DNA of 9,297 nucleotides from a virus (Duplodnaviria; Heunggongvirae; Uroviricota; Caudoviricetes): IMG/VR virus record IMGVR_UViG_2740892369_000003; one strand, 5' to 3'. Shown piece by piece: positions 1 to 6,755 of this stretch (position 1 is its first letter; each line of letters starts with the position of its first letter). The notes under the pieces were generated by a model. It saw only the letters and a program-made list of their open reading frames with translations, ran no database searches and was not told where the DNA came from. The position numbers and the translations under genes were made by a program.

Positions 1-59
1 TTAGCTCCTTCTGATGCCATTCTATTTCAGGAAGGAGTGTCCGTTAAACTCAGGCTACC

Positions 60-245
60 TCAATCCAGTTCAATAGCTGCTCGCGATGCCTGCCATAAAG
101 TCCACCACTCATTTAAGGAGTGACGAATATCCATGCTTGAAAATGCGAAGTACCTATCACCATTTCTTGCCTCGGTTATCATCTCGAATGGTAATCTCAA
201 TTTTTTGGCAACGTATTCCTCAAACTGCTTTCTTGATTCGTCCAT
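60..245 (-). CDS. Small hypothetical protein (about 61 aa) in the nin-like region downstream of the helicase
   Basis: ORF track 60..257 (-). I prefer the internal ATG at 245 because GGAGAG sits about 4 nt upstream of it, whereas the first ATG has no Shine-Dalgarno. No family recognised. Confidence 0.4.
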   Translation of the reverse strand: MDESRKQFEEYVAKKLRLPFEMITEARNGDRYFAFSSMDIRHSLNEWWTLWQASRAAIELD

Positions 246-272
246 ATCACTCTCCATCGATGATTTTTTGGG

Positions 273-455
273 TTACCAATAATATTTGATAGTCGCCATA
301 ATTATCGGTAGCAACGCGCAGACAACTGAAAACCGTAAAACAAAACCTACTCCCAATATGCGATATCCATTATTCCAGAGAACAAAACTCATCATCAGAA
401 GGAATCCATGAAAAATCGCGACAAGAAATAAACTACAAATAAATGCATTTACCAT
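273..455 (-). CDS. Small hydrophobic hypothetical protein (60 aa, predicted membrane)
   Basis: ORF track 273..455 (-). GAGGGG lies about 9 nt upstream of the ATG and the product is largely hydrophobic. The region is AT-rich, so this could be a chance ORF. Confidence 0.3.
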   Translation of the reverse strand: MVNAFICSLFLVAIFHGFLLMMSFVLWNNGYRILGVGFVLRFSVVCALLPIIMATIKYYW

Positions 456-514
456 CGGTACTTACCCCTCGCTCTTAATCCAATAAAAAAGGGTTTGCTT
501 CACTGAACACTCCT

Positions 515-700
515 TTATTTTTTATGCCTGTAACCCCATTCTTCCAGCAACCTTGCGGCGTACCACCCAAGAAACAAAGGAAAGAACATTACAATGAGAT
601 ATTCCCCGCCACGGTCAATGTTCGAAATTGACCAGATTACGATGTAACCAGTGCAGGACAGGAATATTACAAACCCCAAAAAGCTACTTCTTCGACTCAT
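515..700 (-). CDS. Small predicted membrane protein (about 61 aa, two hydrophobic segments)
   Basis: ORF track 515..706 (-). I place the start at the ATG at 700, with AAGGAG 5 nt upstream. It sits 10 nt downstream of the stop of the preceding gene (711..926). Confidence 0.45.
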   Translation of the reverse strand: MSRRSSFLGFVIFLSCTGYIVIWSISNIDRGGEYLIVMFFPLFLGWYAARLLEEWGYRHKK

Positions 701-710
701 GCTCACTCCT

Positions 711-926
711 TCACTTTAAATCCAGACTCCGGATTATTCTGTTGCGCTGAAACTCATTGTTGAGTTTGAACAACCGTCGAAGGACACGGTCACGCGGATA
801 GCGTCGTGCAGCAGGTGAATGCTCATACAACTCATCAATCGGCAAACTGGACGATGAACGATACCGATACCAACGCACCAACTCTTCACGAAAATTAGCC
901 CTGACAAGCTCAGCTATCGTACTCAT
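711..926 (-). CDS. Hypothetical phage protein (71 aa, Arg-rich), first gene after the helicase terminator
   Basis: ORF track 711..926 (-). GGAGG lies about 9 nt upstream of the ATG. Its position matches nin-region genes of lambdoid phages. No family recognised. Confidence 0.5.
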   Translation of the reverse strand: MSTIAELVRANFREELVRWYRYRSSSSLPIDELYEHSPAARRYPRDRVLRRLFKLNNEFQRNRIIRSLDLK

Positions 927-954
927 TTCTTAAAGCCTCCAATTCCCTCTCCCC

Positions 955-987
955 CAAATAAAAAGGCCTGCGATTACCAGCAGGCCT
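955..987 (-). terminator. Intrinsic terminator downstream of the helicase gene (minus strand)
   Basis: Inverted repeat AGGCCTGC (964-971) / GCAGGCCT (980-987) with an 8-nt loop. On the minus strand it is followed by TTTTTATTT (complement of 955-963). Confidence 0.55.
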
Positions 988-1012
988 GTTATTAGCTCAG
1001 TGATGTAGATGG

Positions 1013-2389
1013 TCATACGTCAGCCCCTTGTGCATATCGTCTGCCACGCGAAGCAGGTGCATTTGATGCTGTGCAAATCTGTCTGGCTTCATCCTGGTCA
1101 CATGCAACAAAGTGTCCGTTACAGAACCGCTGGTAAACCGTACCAAGTGGGCCAAACCGGTTTTTCGTCACAATGATTTCAGCAAATGGTGCGGCGCTAC
1201 TGTTCTCGTCATATACCGCTTCCCGATAGAGCATGATGATTGAGTCTGCGTCCTGCTCAATGCTTCCTGAATCACGCAAATCTGCGTTTGTCGGGCGTTT
1301 GTTTGGTCGCTTCTCAACATCGCGCGAAAGCTGACTTAGGGAGATAACAGGCGTTTTCAGGTCTTTCGCCATCGCCTTCAGGCTTCCTGAGATGTGAGCA
1401 ATTGCGAGGTCGTTGCGGTCTGCTTTCGGCTTCTCAATCAGGCCAAGATAATCCGCCATGATGAGTGACAGGTTTGGATTTTCCTGTTTGTTCCGCTCTG
1501 CGATTGAGCGAATTTCTTCTACCGATAACCGCGAGGCATCGACTACCCATACATCCAAATCTGCAAGCTGACTCATGCCGTTAGCAACACGCGCCCAGCC
1601 TTCGTCATCCATCGATGCAGGATTTCGCAGTACGCTAACCGACATCCTCCCGGCGTTGGCAATGCTCCGCTCTGCAATCTGCAATGCGCTCATTTCCATC
1701 GAGAAAATCAACACTCCGCGCCGGACGTCAGAACCAGGAATAACGCGGCTTGCAACACCTTCGGCAATCTTCAGCGCCAGTTCGGTTTTCCCCATACCAG
1801 GACGAGCGGCGATAATCACCAGGTCTTCCGCGTTCATCCCTCCGGTGATGGCGTCAAGTTCTTCGATTCCGGTCTTCAGGGTATCTGACTCTTCTCCGTT
1901 CCTCAGACGCCTGTCAAGCGTGTCAGTGTAGTCAGTGATGATTTCCCCTAACCGTACAGGTTTAACCTCGTCACGGGGCTTTCTGATGGCTGAGAGACGC
2001 TTTACAAGCTCGTCCATCGCCTGACTCGATGTATCGATGGTTCCGCTCTGAATTGGTTCACGCATTTCGTCCATGATTTCCAGCACCAGACGGCGGTGAT
2101 AGTTATCCGCGACCATTCCGGCATATCCCTTCAGGTTTGCGGCACTCGGGCAGTTTTTGCTGGTCATCAGGATTGACGTGAAATGCTCCTCTCCGCACGC
2201 CTCGGCAACCATCAGCGCGTCGATTAGGTTTCTGTTTCTCGCCTGCTTACGGATAACTTCGAAGGCTTTCCGGTAGAGCGGAATTGAAAACGCTTCCGGC
2301 TCCAGCGTTGCCAGAACGTCGCTGGCGGTTGGTGTTAATCCACCAATCAGCAAGCCACCGATAACGCTCGCTTCGATATCCTGTCTCAT
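1013..2389 (-). CDS. Replicative DNA helicase, DnaB family (P22 gene 12-like)
   Basis: 458-aa ORF with an N-terminal DnaB-like domain and a C-terminal RecA-type ATPase: Walker A GMGKTE, a Walker B-like VVDASRL, and a helicase motif close to the DnaB H4 consensus, read as SLSQLSR. It lies directly downstream of the O-like gene with overlapping stop/start (ATGA at 2386-2389). Confidence 0.93.
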   Translation of the reverse strand: MRQDIEASVIGGLLIGGLTPTASDVLATLEPEAFSIPLYRKAFEVIRKQARNRNLIDALMVAEACGEEHFTSILMTSKNCPSAANLKGYAGMVADNYHRRLVLEIMDEMREPIQSGTIDTSSQAMDELVKRLSAIRKPRDEVKPVRLGEIITDYTDTLDRRLRNGEESDTLKTGIEELDAITGGMNAEDLVIIAARPGMGKTELALKIAEGVASRVIPGSDVRRGVLIFSMEMSALQIAERSIANAGRMSVSVLRNPASMDDEGWARVANGMSQLADLDVWVVDASRLSVEEIRSIAERNKQENPNLSLIMADYLGLIEKPKADRNDLAIAHISGSLKAMAKDLKTPVISLSQLSRDVEKRPNKRPTNADLRDSGSIEQDADSIIMLYREAVYDENSSAAPFAEIIVTKNRFGPLGTVYQRFCNGHFVACDQDEARQICTASNAPASRGRRYAQGADV

Positions 2390-3207
2390 GCAATCCCCCT
2401 GTCTGCAAACTTCCCTTCCCGAACTCCCGTTAACGAGTCTTCCCTCAGCAGGTAATCAAAATCTGCCGTCCAGCCCGTGTCGTTGTCTCCGAAGTAAAAC
2501 GGCTTGGCCTGATGCACAAACGCCCTGACATACGCTCTGAAACCGTCCACGTTTGGCGTTTTCAGTTGCGGGATGATTTTCTTCAGGCGGCGTTTTCGTT
2601 TCTCGTTGACCGCAACAGCGTGTGGAAGTCTGTCACCGACTTCGGTGTTGTAGGCGTTCAGGAAGGATTCGTAGTCGATTCGTTCTGCCTTGCGACGTTC
2701 AGGTTTAACCTGCCCATCGCCGCCCCCGTTAGGGGGTAAGGGGGTATTTGTATTTATTGTCTTTTGTATATTGTCTTTTGTGTTTAGCTGACTTGGCTTA
2801 TACCCATTAGCCGACTCGGCTAATGTTTTATTAGCTGTTTTAGCTAATGTTAAGCTGTCCTGGCTAATCCACTGAGAAACCACCTTGTTCACTCCGATTT
2901 TCACGCCATCAGCAATGAGGAATTTACGCTCAATAAGCTGGCGCTTGGCAGCGCAAACATGAGTGTGATGAATACCTGTCATGGCTGCTATCTGCGTGTT
3001 TGTGAGTCGATCCATCGGCTTATTGAATCCGTATGTCTTGCGCATGATAGCGAGCATCACCTTCATCTGCCGGACGGTTAAATCAGCCATCAGCAGACTG
3101 TCGATAATCTCGTTAGCAACGCGCATGAAACCATCTTCGGTATCTGCCACGCGATGCTCCACGACCTCCAGTTGAGGCCTGTAATCAGCTAACTTAACGA
3201 CGCCCAT
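2386..3207 (-). CDS. Replication initiation protein, lambda O-like (P22 gene 18-like), with internal ori
   Basis: 273-aa ORF. The N-terminal domain has an HTH-like segment ([23 protein letters not shown]), followed by a Pro/Gly linker ([10 protein letters not shown]). Four palindromic iterons and an AT-rich tract lie inside the coding sequence, as in lambda O/ori. It is followed by the DnaB-like gene. Confidence 0.85.
   Translation of the reverse strand: MGVVKLADYRPQLEVVEHRVADTEDGFMRVANEIIDSLLMADLTVRQMKVMLAIMRKTYGFNKPMDRLTNTQIAAMTGIHHTHVCAAKRQLIERKFLIADGVKIGVNKVVSQWISQDSLTLAKTANKTLAESANGYKPSQLNTKDNIQKTINTNTPLPPNGGGDGQVKPERRKAERIDYESFLNAYNTEVGDRLPHAVAVNEKRKRRLKKIIPQLKTPNVDGFRAYVRAFVHQAKPFYFGDNDTGWTADFDYLLREDSLTGVREGKFADRGIA
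2744..2870. repeat. Origin of replication: four roughly 19-bp dyad-symmetric iterons (2784-2870) plus an adjacent AT-rich tract (2744-2783)
   Basis: Iterons read directly: ttagctgacttggcttata, ttagccgactcggctaatg (perfect palindrome TTAGCCGA-c-TCGGCTAA), ttagctgttttagctaatg, ttaagctgtcctggctaatc. They are followed in the gene's transcription direction by gtatttgtatttattgtcttttgtatattgtcttttgtgttt. This matches lambdoid ori architecture inside the O gene. Confidence 0.8.
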
Positions 3208-3355
3208 GTTTCACTCCTGCTTTGGCTAGTCTGTAAACACCAACAAGGCGCTCTGCGAACGCCCTGTTATTTGCTGCGGCTACCACTAATCCCTCAGGTG
3301 AATCAGGGTGTCGAATCTCTTCTTTTTCCTGGTATTTCTTACGACGTTTTGTCAT
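3194..3355 (-). CDS. Small hypothetical basic protein (53 aa) between cII and the O-like gene
   Basis: Hand-translated ORF below the 60-aa track cutoff: [58 protein letters not shown] lies 5 nt upstream of the ATG at 3355. The stop overlaps the O-like start by 14 nt. Confidence 0.4.
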   Translation of the reverse strand: MTKRRKKYQEKEEIRHPDSPEGLVVAAANNRAFAERLVGVYRLAKAGVKHGRR

Positions 3356-3359
3356 AATT

Positions 3360-3433
3360 ACTCCTGTGGATTGATACAGTCTTTCTACAATCAGGCCTCA
3401 AAACTGTTGCCGCAGTCTTGAGGCTTTTCTTTT
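3360..3433 (+). ncRNA. Candidate oop-like antisense RNA ending in an intrinsic terminator that overlaps the cII 3' end
   Basis: Plus-strand hairpin GCCTCAA (3395-3401) / TTGAGGC (3418-3424) followed by TTTTCTTTT (3425-3433), antisense to the last codons of cII. A possible promoter is TTGTCA (3349-3354) with a weak -10 about 17 bp downstream. Position is as for lambda oop. The 5' end is a guess. Confidence 0.4.
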
Positions 3434-3669
3434 GTCAGCACCATGGCTACTTTCTTTGCCAGCTCCGCTAATTCCTCGTCTTCAACACCCCACTCCAGCA
3501 CAGCCAGAAGCATGGCCATCTTTGGGATAAAGCTGTCTTTCCATCGCGAAATTTGCGATTCATTGATCCCTAATGCATCAGCAACCTTTCGCTGACCACG
3601 TACAGCAATTCGATTCAGGATGTTGCTTGTAATTGCATTCGCTTTCTTGCGAGTACTTGTAAGTTCCAT
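3391..3669 (-). CDS. cII: CII-like transcriptional activator
   Basis: ORF track 3391..3756 (-). I trim the start to the ATG at 3669, with AAGGA upstream. The sequence ...GINESQISRWKDSFIPKMAMLLAVLEWGVEDEE... closely matches my recollection of lambda CII (VDKSQISRWKRDWIPKFSMLLAVLEWGV). It lies between cro/nutR and the replication genes. Confidence 0.85.
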   Translation of the reverse strand: MELTSTRKKANAITSNILNRIAVRGQRKVADALGINESQISRWKDSFIPKMAMLLAVLEWGVEDEELAELAKKVAMVLTKEKPQDCGNSFEA

Positions 3670-3727
3670 ATGTAAGTATTTCCTTAACAAATAAGAAGTT
3701 ATGCGCATCAACTTATGCGCGTTGTAT

Positions 3728-3771
3728 TCCCGCATTTCGGCGGGAATGAGGACCATGACTGTTAAAGAGCG
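3728..3771 (-). promoter_or_regulatory. nutR-like site: boxA (CGCTCTTTAA, complement of 3762-3771) and boxB hairpin (3728-3745)
   Basis: On the minus strand, just downstream of the cro stop: CGCTCTTTAA followed by TCCCGC-CGAAAT-GCGGGA. The identical boxB sequence is found at nutL (5468-5485, plus strand). Confidence 0.7.
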
Positions 3772-3778
3772 GTGTTAC

Positions 3779-4003
3779 TTATGCTGCCTGATTCGGTTTT
3801 GGAAACAGGTGTGGCAAATCGGGGCGAATTTCGTAAGCCTTGATCTGCCCTCCAGTGGCGTTAACGATGGCGGTAACTTTCTCTGGAGAGACCAACCCGC
3901 CTTTCAGCCATTTGTGTACTGCTGGCTGCGTTACACCACACTTGTCGGCAAGGCGCTTTTGGCTACCGACAATTTTCAAGGCTCGTTGAATTACTAAATT
4001 CAT
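3779..4003 (-). CDS. cro: Cro-like HTH repressor (Cro/YdaS-type)
   Basis: ORF track 3779..4024 (-). I prefer the ATG at 4003 (MNLVIQRALKIVGSQKRLADKCGVTQPAVHKWL...) with AGAGG about 7 nt upstream. It carries an HTH motif, is divergent from cI across the operator cluster, and is followed by nutR and cII. Confidence 0.8.
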   Translation of the reverse strand: MNLVIQRALKIVGSQKRLADKCGVTQPAVHKWLKGGLVSPEKVTAIVNATGGQIKAYEIRPDLPHLFPKPNQAA

Positions 4004-4027
4004 GAGCATACCTCTTGTGGTCATTAC

Positions 4028-4106
4028 TTATAACCAAAGATAACTCAAGTTATAAAAAATAGCAATAACCTTTGTTATTTTACTTTGGATAACCGTAGTT
4101 ATAGAT
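4028..4106. promoter_or_regulatory. OR operator/promoter region: three 14-bp operators ATAAC-N4-GTTAT with divergent PR and PRM
   Basis: Operators read directly: ataactcaagttat (4040-4053), ataacctttgttat (4065-4078), ataaccgtagttat (4089-4102). Candidate PR on the minus strand is TTGCTA-17-TATCTT, overlapping the first two operators. Candidate PRM -10 is TATAGA (4101-4106), just upstream of the cI start. Confidence 0.8.
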
Positions 4107-4114
4107 TTGTGGGT

Positions 4115-4822
4115 ATGAAAACATTCGCAGAAAGACTAAATGCAGCCATGAGCTCAGCAGGGGTATCACAATCACAGCTTGCTGACATGGTTGGAATATC
4201 TCAGCCAGCCATACAGAAGATGTCGTCCGGTAAAACAAACGGATCTCGCAAGATGGTTGAATTAGCCAATGCTTTAAAAGTGCGCCCTGAATGGCTTAGT
4301 TCTGGTATTGGTGAAATGAGGGATGGTGCACATGAAGAACCATCCAATGTCCGTGATTCATCTTTAAAAGCTGTGGTATGGGAAGACATTAAAAGAAACG
4401 ATGACGAGTTTGTTGCGTTGCCTCTTCTTAACGTTTCGCTTTCAGCTGGAAGCGGTAGCTGCGAGCTAGAGGAATCATCGGAGTTCTCTTTGGTTTTCAG
4501 AAAGCACTATCTGAAAAAGATGGGAGTATCTGAAAGATCAGCCAAGCTAGTTAGGGTTGTAGGGCAAAGCATGGAACCAACGCTTCACGATGGCGATGTT
4601 GTTGGTGTTAACACGCAAGATACCACAATCAGAGATGGTAAAACCTACGCTATTTGCCAGTCTGATTTGTTACGAGTAAAAACATTAATCGCCACCCCTA
4701 CATCGGTGATAATCAGATCAATAAATCGCGAAGAGTACCCGGATGAAGTAATGGATAGAGATGAATTTCATGAAACCGTAAGGATTATTGGCAGAGTATT
4801 CTGGTCGTCTCATAGTTGGTAA
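4115..4822 (+). CDS. cI: CI-type prophage repressor (N-terminal HTH, C-terminal LexA-like S24 peptidase domain)
   Basis: ORF track 4085..4822 begins at a TTG. I prefer the ATG at 4115 (MKTFAERLNAAM...), with an in-frame GTG at 4109 as an alternative. HTH segment SQSQLADMVGISQPAIQKM. The C-terminal domain has an autocleavage-like AG (LSAGSG) and catalytic-type GQSMEPTL and a Lys in RVKTL. Divergent from cro. Confidence 0.92.
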   Translation: MKTFAERLNAAMSSAGVSQSQLADMVGISQPAIQKMSSGKTNGSRKMVELANALKVRPEWLSSGIGEMRDGAHEEPSNVRDSSLKAVVWEDIKRNDDEFVALPLLNVSLSAGSGSCELEESSEFSLVFRKHYLKKMGVSERSAKLVRVVGQSMEPTLHDGDVVGVNTQDTTIRDGKTYAICQSDLLRVKTLIATPTSVIIRSINREEYPDEVMDRDEFHETVRIIGRVFWSSHSW

Positions 4823-4862
4823 CCGATAATCAGAAGAAGACTTACGGAAGTGCGGAGGGATA

Positions 4863-5159
4863 ATGGAATTTCTGATAGTTTTTGTTGTTGTTTTGGTCAT
4901 CATTCTTTTTGTTTTGCTAAGCATTAGTAAAAAGCTATCTCAAATGATTGAACATAGCTCTAATCGTGCAAAAGAAGAAGAGCATATAATTGATATAAAA
5001 GAGATTCTCTCTGATATAAAAATCACATTAGATGAAATAAAATACACAACAGATCTAATTGAACAGTATAAAATACCAACCCCAAACGAGAGAAAAGCAA
5101 TAGATCAATATCGTATTGACTTAGAAATCGACGAAATGCTAAGCAAAAGAAAAGACTAA
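4863..5159 (+). CDS. Single-pass membrane protein (98 aa), AT-rich cargo gene co-oriented with cI
   Basis: ORF track 4863..5159. GGAGGG lies 4 nt upstream of the ATG. N-terminal hydrophobic helix EFLIVFVVVLVIILFVLLSI, followed by a charged, likely helical domain. The gene is far more AT-rich than its neighbours. No family recognised. Confidence 0.6.
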   Translation: MEFLIVFVVVLVIILFVLLSISKKLSQMIEHSSNRAKEEEHIIDIKEILSDIKITLDEIKYTTDLIEQYKIPTPNERKAIDQYRIDLEIDEMLSKRKD

Positions 5160-5164
5160 AAACA

Positions 5165-5191
5165 CCCGGCCTCAGCGCCGGGTTTTCTTTT
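5165..5191 (+). terminator. Intrinsic terminator ending the cI-cargo transcription unit
   Basis: CCCGGC (5165-5170), loop CTCAGC, GCCGGG (5177-5182), followed by TTTTCTTTT (5183-5191). Confidence 0.7.
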
Positions 5192-5310
5192 CCTGCCGTT
5201 CACCACCCAATCAACCATCCTCATCATAGACAAGCATCAAGCCAAAGGTAACACCTTCACCCCGCACGCAAGCCCTCAAACACCAATCAATCAGCAACAT
5301 TTACAAAAAT

Positions 5311-5398
5311 AAAATACCTTTGTTATCCATCACTTATAACCTATTTACCATAAAATATAAATTAGGTTATTGACCACACCTATAACCTAAGTTATCTT
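5311..5398 (+). promoter_or_regulatory. OL operator cluster with candidate PL (TTGACC at 5370-5375, 17-bp spacer, TATCTT at 5393-5398)
   Basis: Operators of the same family as OR: ataacctaagttat (5382-5395), ataaattaggttat (5357-5370) and a degenerate aatacctttgttat (5313-5326). The first two overlap the candidate -10 and -35. N lies downstream. Confidence 0.7.
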
Positions 5399-5443
5399 TA
5401 AGCCATCAGCAGGACGCTGGAAGCCAAACGGAACAGATTGGCA

Positions 5444-5485
5444 GGCTCTTTAACATTGATGGGATTGTCCCGCCGAAATGCGGGA
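5444..5485 (+). promoter_or_regulatory. nutL-like site: boxA-like GCTCTTTA (5444-5451) and boxB hairpin (5468-5485)
   Basis: boxB TCCCGC-CGAAAT-GCGGGA is identical to the nutR boxB. It lies between PL and the N-like gene. Confidence 0.65.
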
Positions 5486-5592
5486 ACCAAAGAGTAGTTG
5501 GCTTTGGGGTGACGTGAAGTGCAGCTGCAAGACGGCAACCGGAAGATAAGCACGCGGCGCGTCACCGCCAAAGTCAATCATCGGAGGTCAAC

Positions 5593-5865
5593 ATGACAGT
5601 AGTCATTACATATCTGGCTGACGATAACGCCAGAAATCGCCGCAGAGCACGCAGACAGGCTCAACGTGAACAGGCAATGCAAGAACAGCGATTGGCACGA
5701 AAAATTGCGCTAAAGCTCTCTGGTTGCGTCAGAGCAGATAAAGCAGCATCACTCGGAAGCCTTCGCTGCAAGAAGGCAGATGAATGCAGTGGAAGTATTT
5801 GCCTGCCAAACGTAGCCATTTACGCGGCAGGCTACCGGAAATCAAAACAACTGACGGCGAGGTAA
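5593..5865 (+). CDS. N: N-like transcription antitermination protein (arginine-rich motif)
   Basis: 90-aa ORF with GGAGG 5 nt upstream. N-terminal arginine-rich motif NARNRRRARRQAQREQ, of the kind found in lambda N and P22 gp24. First gene downstream of OL/PL and nutL. Confidence 0.78.
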   Translation: MTVVITYLADDNARNRRRARRQAQREQAMQEQRLARKIALKLSGCVRADKAASLGSLRCKKADECSGSICLPNVAIYAAGYRKSKQLTAR

Positions 5866-5867
5866 TT

Positions 5868-6230
5868 ATGGGTCAGGAAGAAAAATATGAGCTTAAAAAG
5901 CTCATTGGAGAAGACGCCATAGAAGAAATTGCAGCATTAACAACAGCTATAAAGAATATTAGGTATGCGCTAAATACGCTTATCTCCTCATGCGACAAAA
6001 ATAGCAGGGAATTTTTGATACTTGGCGCAGCTCTAGGAATAGTTGATGCGGCAACGCTTCACCTAATTACTCATGACGATATTCTTATTGAGCCGTATGA
6101 AACATTACTGCTTGTCAGGCAAAAAATGGCTGATGCCGCAGCAAATGGAGACCTTCAACTTTACATCGACTTAAGGAAAGTATTAAGGCGAATGGTCAAA
6201 ACTGAAGGAGATATCCCCCTGACAAAGTAA
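5868..6230 (+). CDS. Hypothetical protein (120 aa), coupled to N; first gene of the low-GC accessory island
   Basis: ORF track 5784..6230. I trim to the ATG at 5868, 2 nt after the N stop, with GGCGAGG upstream. Low GC relative to the core genes. No family recognised. Confidence 0.6.
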   Translation: MGQEEKYELKKLIGEDAIEEIAALTTAIKNIRYALNTLISSCDKNSREFLILGAALGIVDAATLHLITHDDILIEPYETLLLVRQKMADAAANGDLQLYIDLRKVLRRMVKTEGDIPLTK

Positions 6231-6260
6231 GGGGGTGAAGAGGCCATTTCAGGAATAAAA

Positions 6261-6755
6261 TTAATAATTTGTCAGCGGCGGTACATATACAGGCTTAGGG
6301 TCTGGCGCTCTATACATCCGGTATTCATTCTTACAGCGAGGACATGAATGCACAAAGAACCCATTAGATTTTATAGTAACCGTGCTTGGTTGAAGTATCG
6401 ATATTTTATGTTCGCCGAAGCAATGTGCACAAAGGTTATGCTGCTGAATAGAAGGATCGGAATGACTCTTAGGTCGATACACGACAGAACCACCTTCAGT
6501 TGTATGAAGTTCATAATTCTCAGCTTGCACAACAAACATCTTGATTTTTCTATTTTCATCTCGAAGCTTCATTGCGATCTCCTTCTCGGCCTGATAAAGG
6601 CCAGAGAGCTCCGCATTAAGCATCTGTAAGTCAGTTATTCTTTGGTGTAGATCACCAATAGCTTTAGCGATAACAGCATCGTCTCTGGTTTCTTTTATTG
6701 TCTTCAGCAGATCATAAGCCTGTTTCGCGGCAGTTATACCAGATAACACATCCAT
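6261..6755 (-). CDS. Coiled-coil / zinc-ribbon protein (164 aa), transcribed against the PL operon
   Basis: ORF track 6261..6755 (-). AAGAGAG lies about 8 nt upstream. The N-terminal half looks helical. The C-terminus has a CxxC-x25-CxxC arrangement (CAHC...CPRC). AT-rich. No confident family assignment. Confidence 0.65.
   Translation of the reverse strand: MDVLSGITAAKQAYDLLKTIKETRDDAVIAKAIGDLHQRITDLQMLNAELSGLYQAEKEIAMKLRDENRKIKMFVVQAENYELHTTEGGSVVYRPKSHSDPSIQQHNLCAHCFGEHKISILQPSTVTIKSNGFFVHSCPRCKNEYRMYRAPDPKPVYVPPLTNY

Noticed and set aside
1-22. Possible start of a minus-strand gene running off the window edge (ATGGCATCAGAAGGAGC...)
   Set aside because: Only 7 codons are visible and there is no convincing Shine-Dalgarno. 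It cannot be supported from this window.
1575-1931. 118-aa plus-strand ORF
   Set aside because: It lies wholly antisense within the well-supported DnaB-like helicase gene and has no ribosome-binding site or recognisable features. A shadow ORF.
2719-2746. CCCCC-GTTA-GGGGG palindrome
   Set aside because: It encodes the Pro/Gly-rich linker (PPNGGGDG) of the O-like protein. The symmetry is most simply a consequence of coding for that linker.
2784-2870. Tandem repeats considered as a possible CRISPR array
   Set aside because: The units are about 19-bp dyad-symmetric iterons with no unique spacers, and they lie inside the initiator gene. This is an ori-type structure, not CRISPR.
2512-3175. Plus-strand ORFs 2512..2739 and 2981..3175
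   Set aside because: Both are antisense within the O-like initiator gene. Shadow ORFs.
3701-3997. 98-aa plus-strand ORF
   Set aside because: It overlaps cro and the nutR region on the opposite strand and conflicts with the well-supported cro, nutR and cII arrangement.
4085-4114. TTG-initiated N-terminal extension of cI
   Set aside because: The extension would start inside the OR3/PRM region. An ATG at 4115 (or GTG at 4109) just downstream of the candidate PRM -10 fits better.
4201-4924. Minus-strand ORFs 4201..4389 and 4718..4924
   Set aside because: Both are antisense to cI, and the second also overlaps the start of the membrane-protein gene. No supporting signals.
5784-5867. 5' extension of the 120-aa gene overlapping N
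   Set aside because: The extension overlaps the N coding sequence in another frame. An ATG with a ribosome-binding site sits 2 nt after the N stop.
6348-6629. Plus-strand ORF 6348..6629 and minus-strand ORF 6371..6559
   Set aside because: Both are nested within the longer 164-aa minus-strand ORF, which has a ribosome-binding site and a coherent zinc-ribbon motif. AT-rich DNA readily produces such ORFs.
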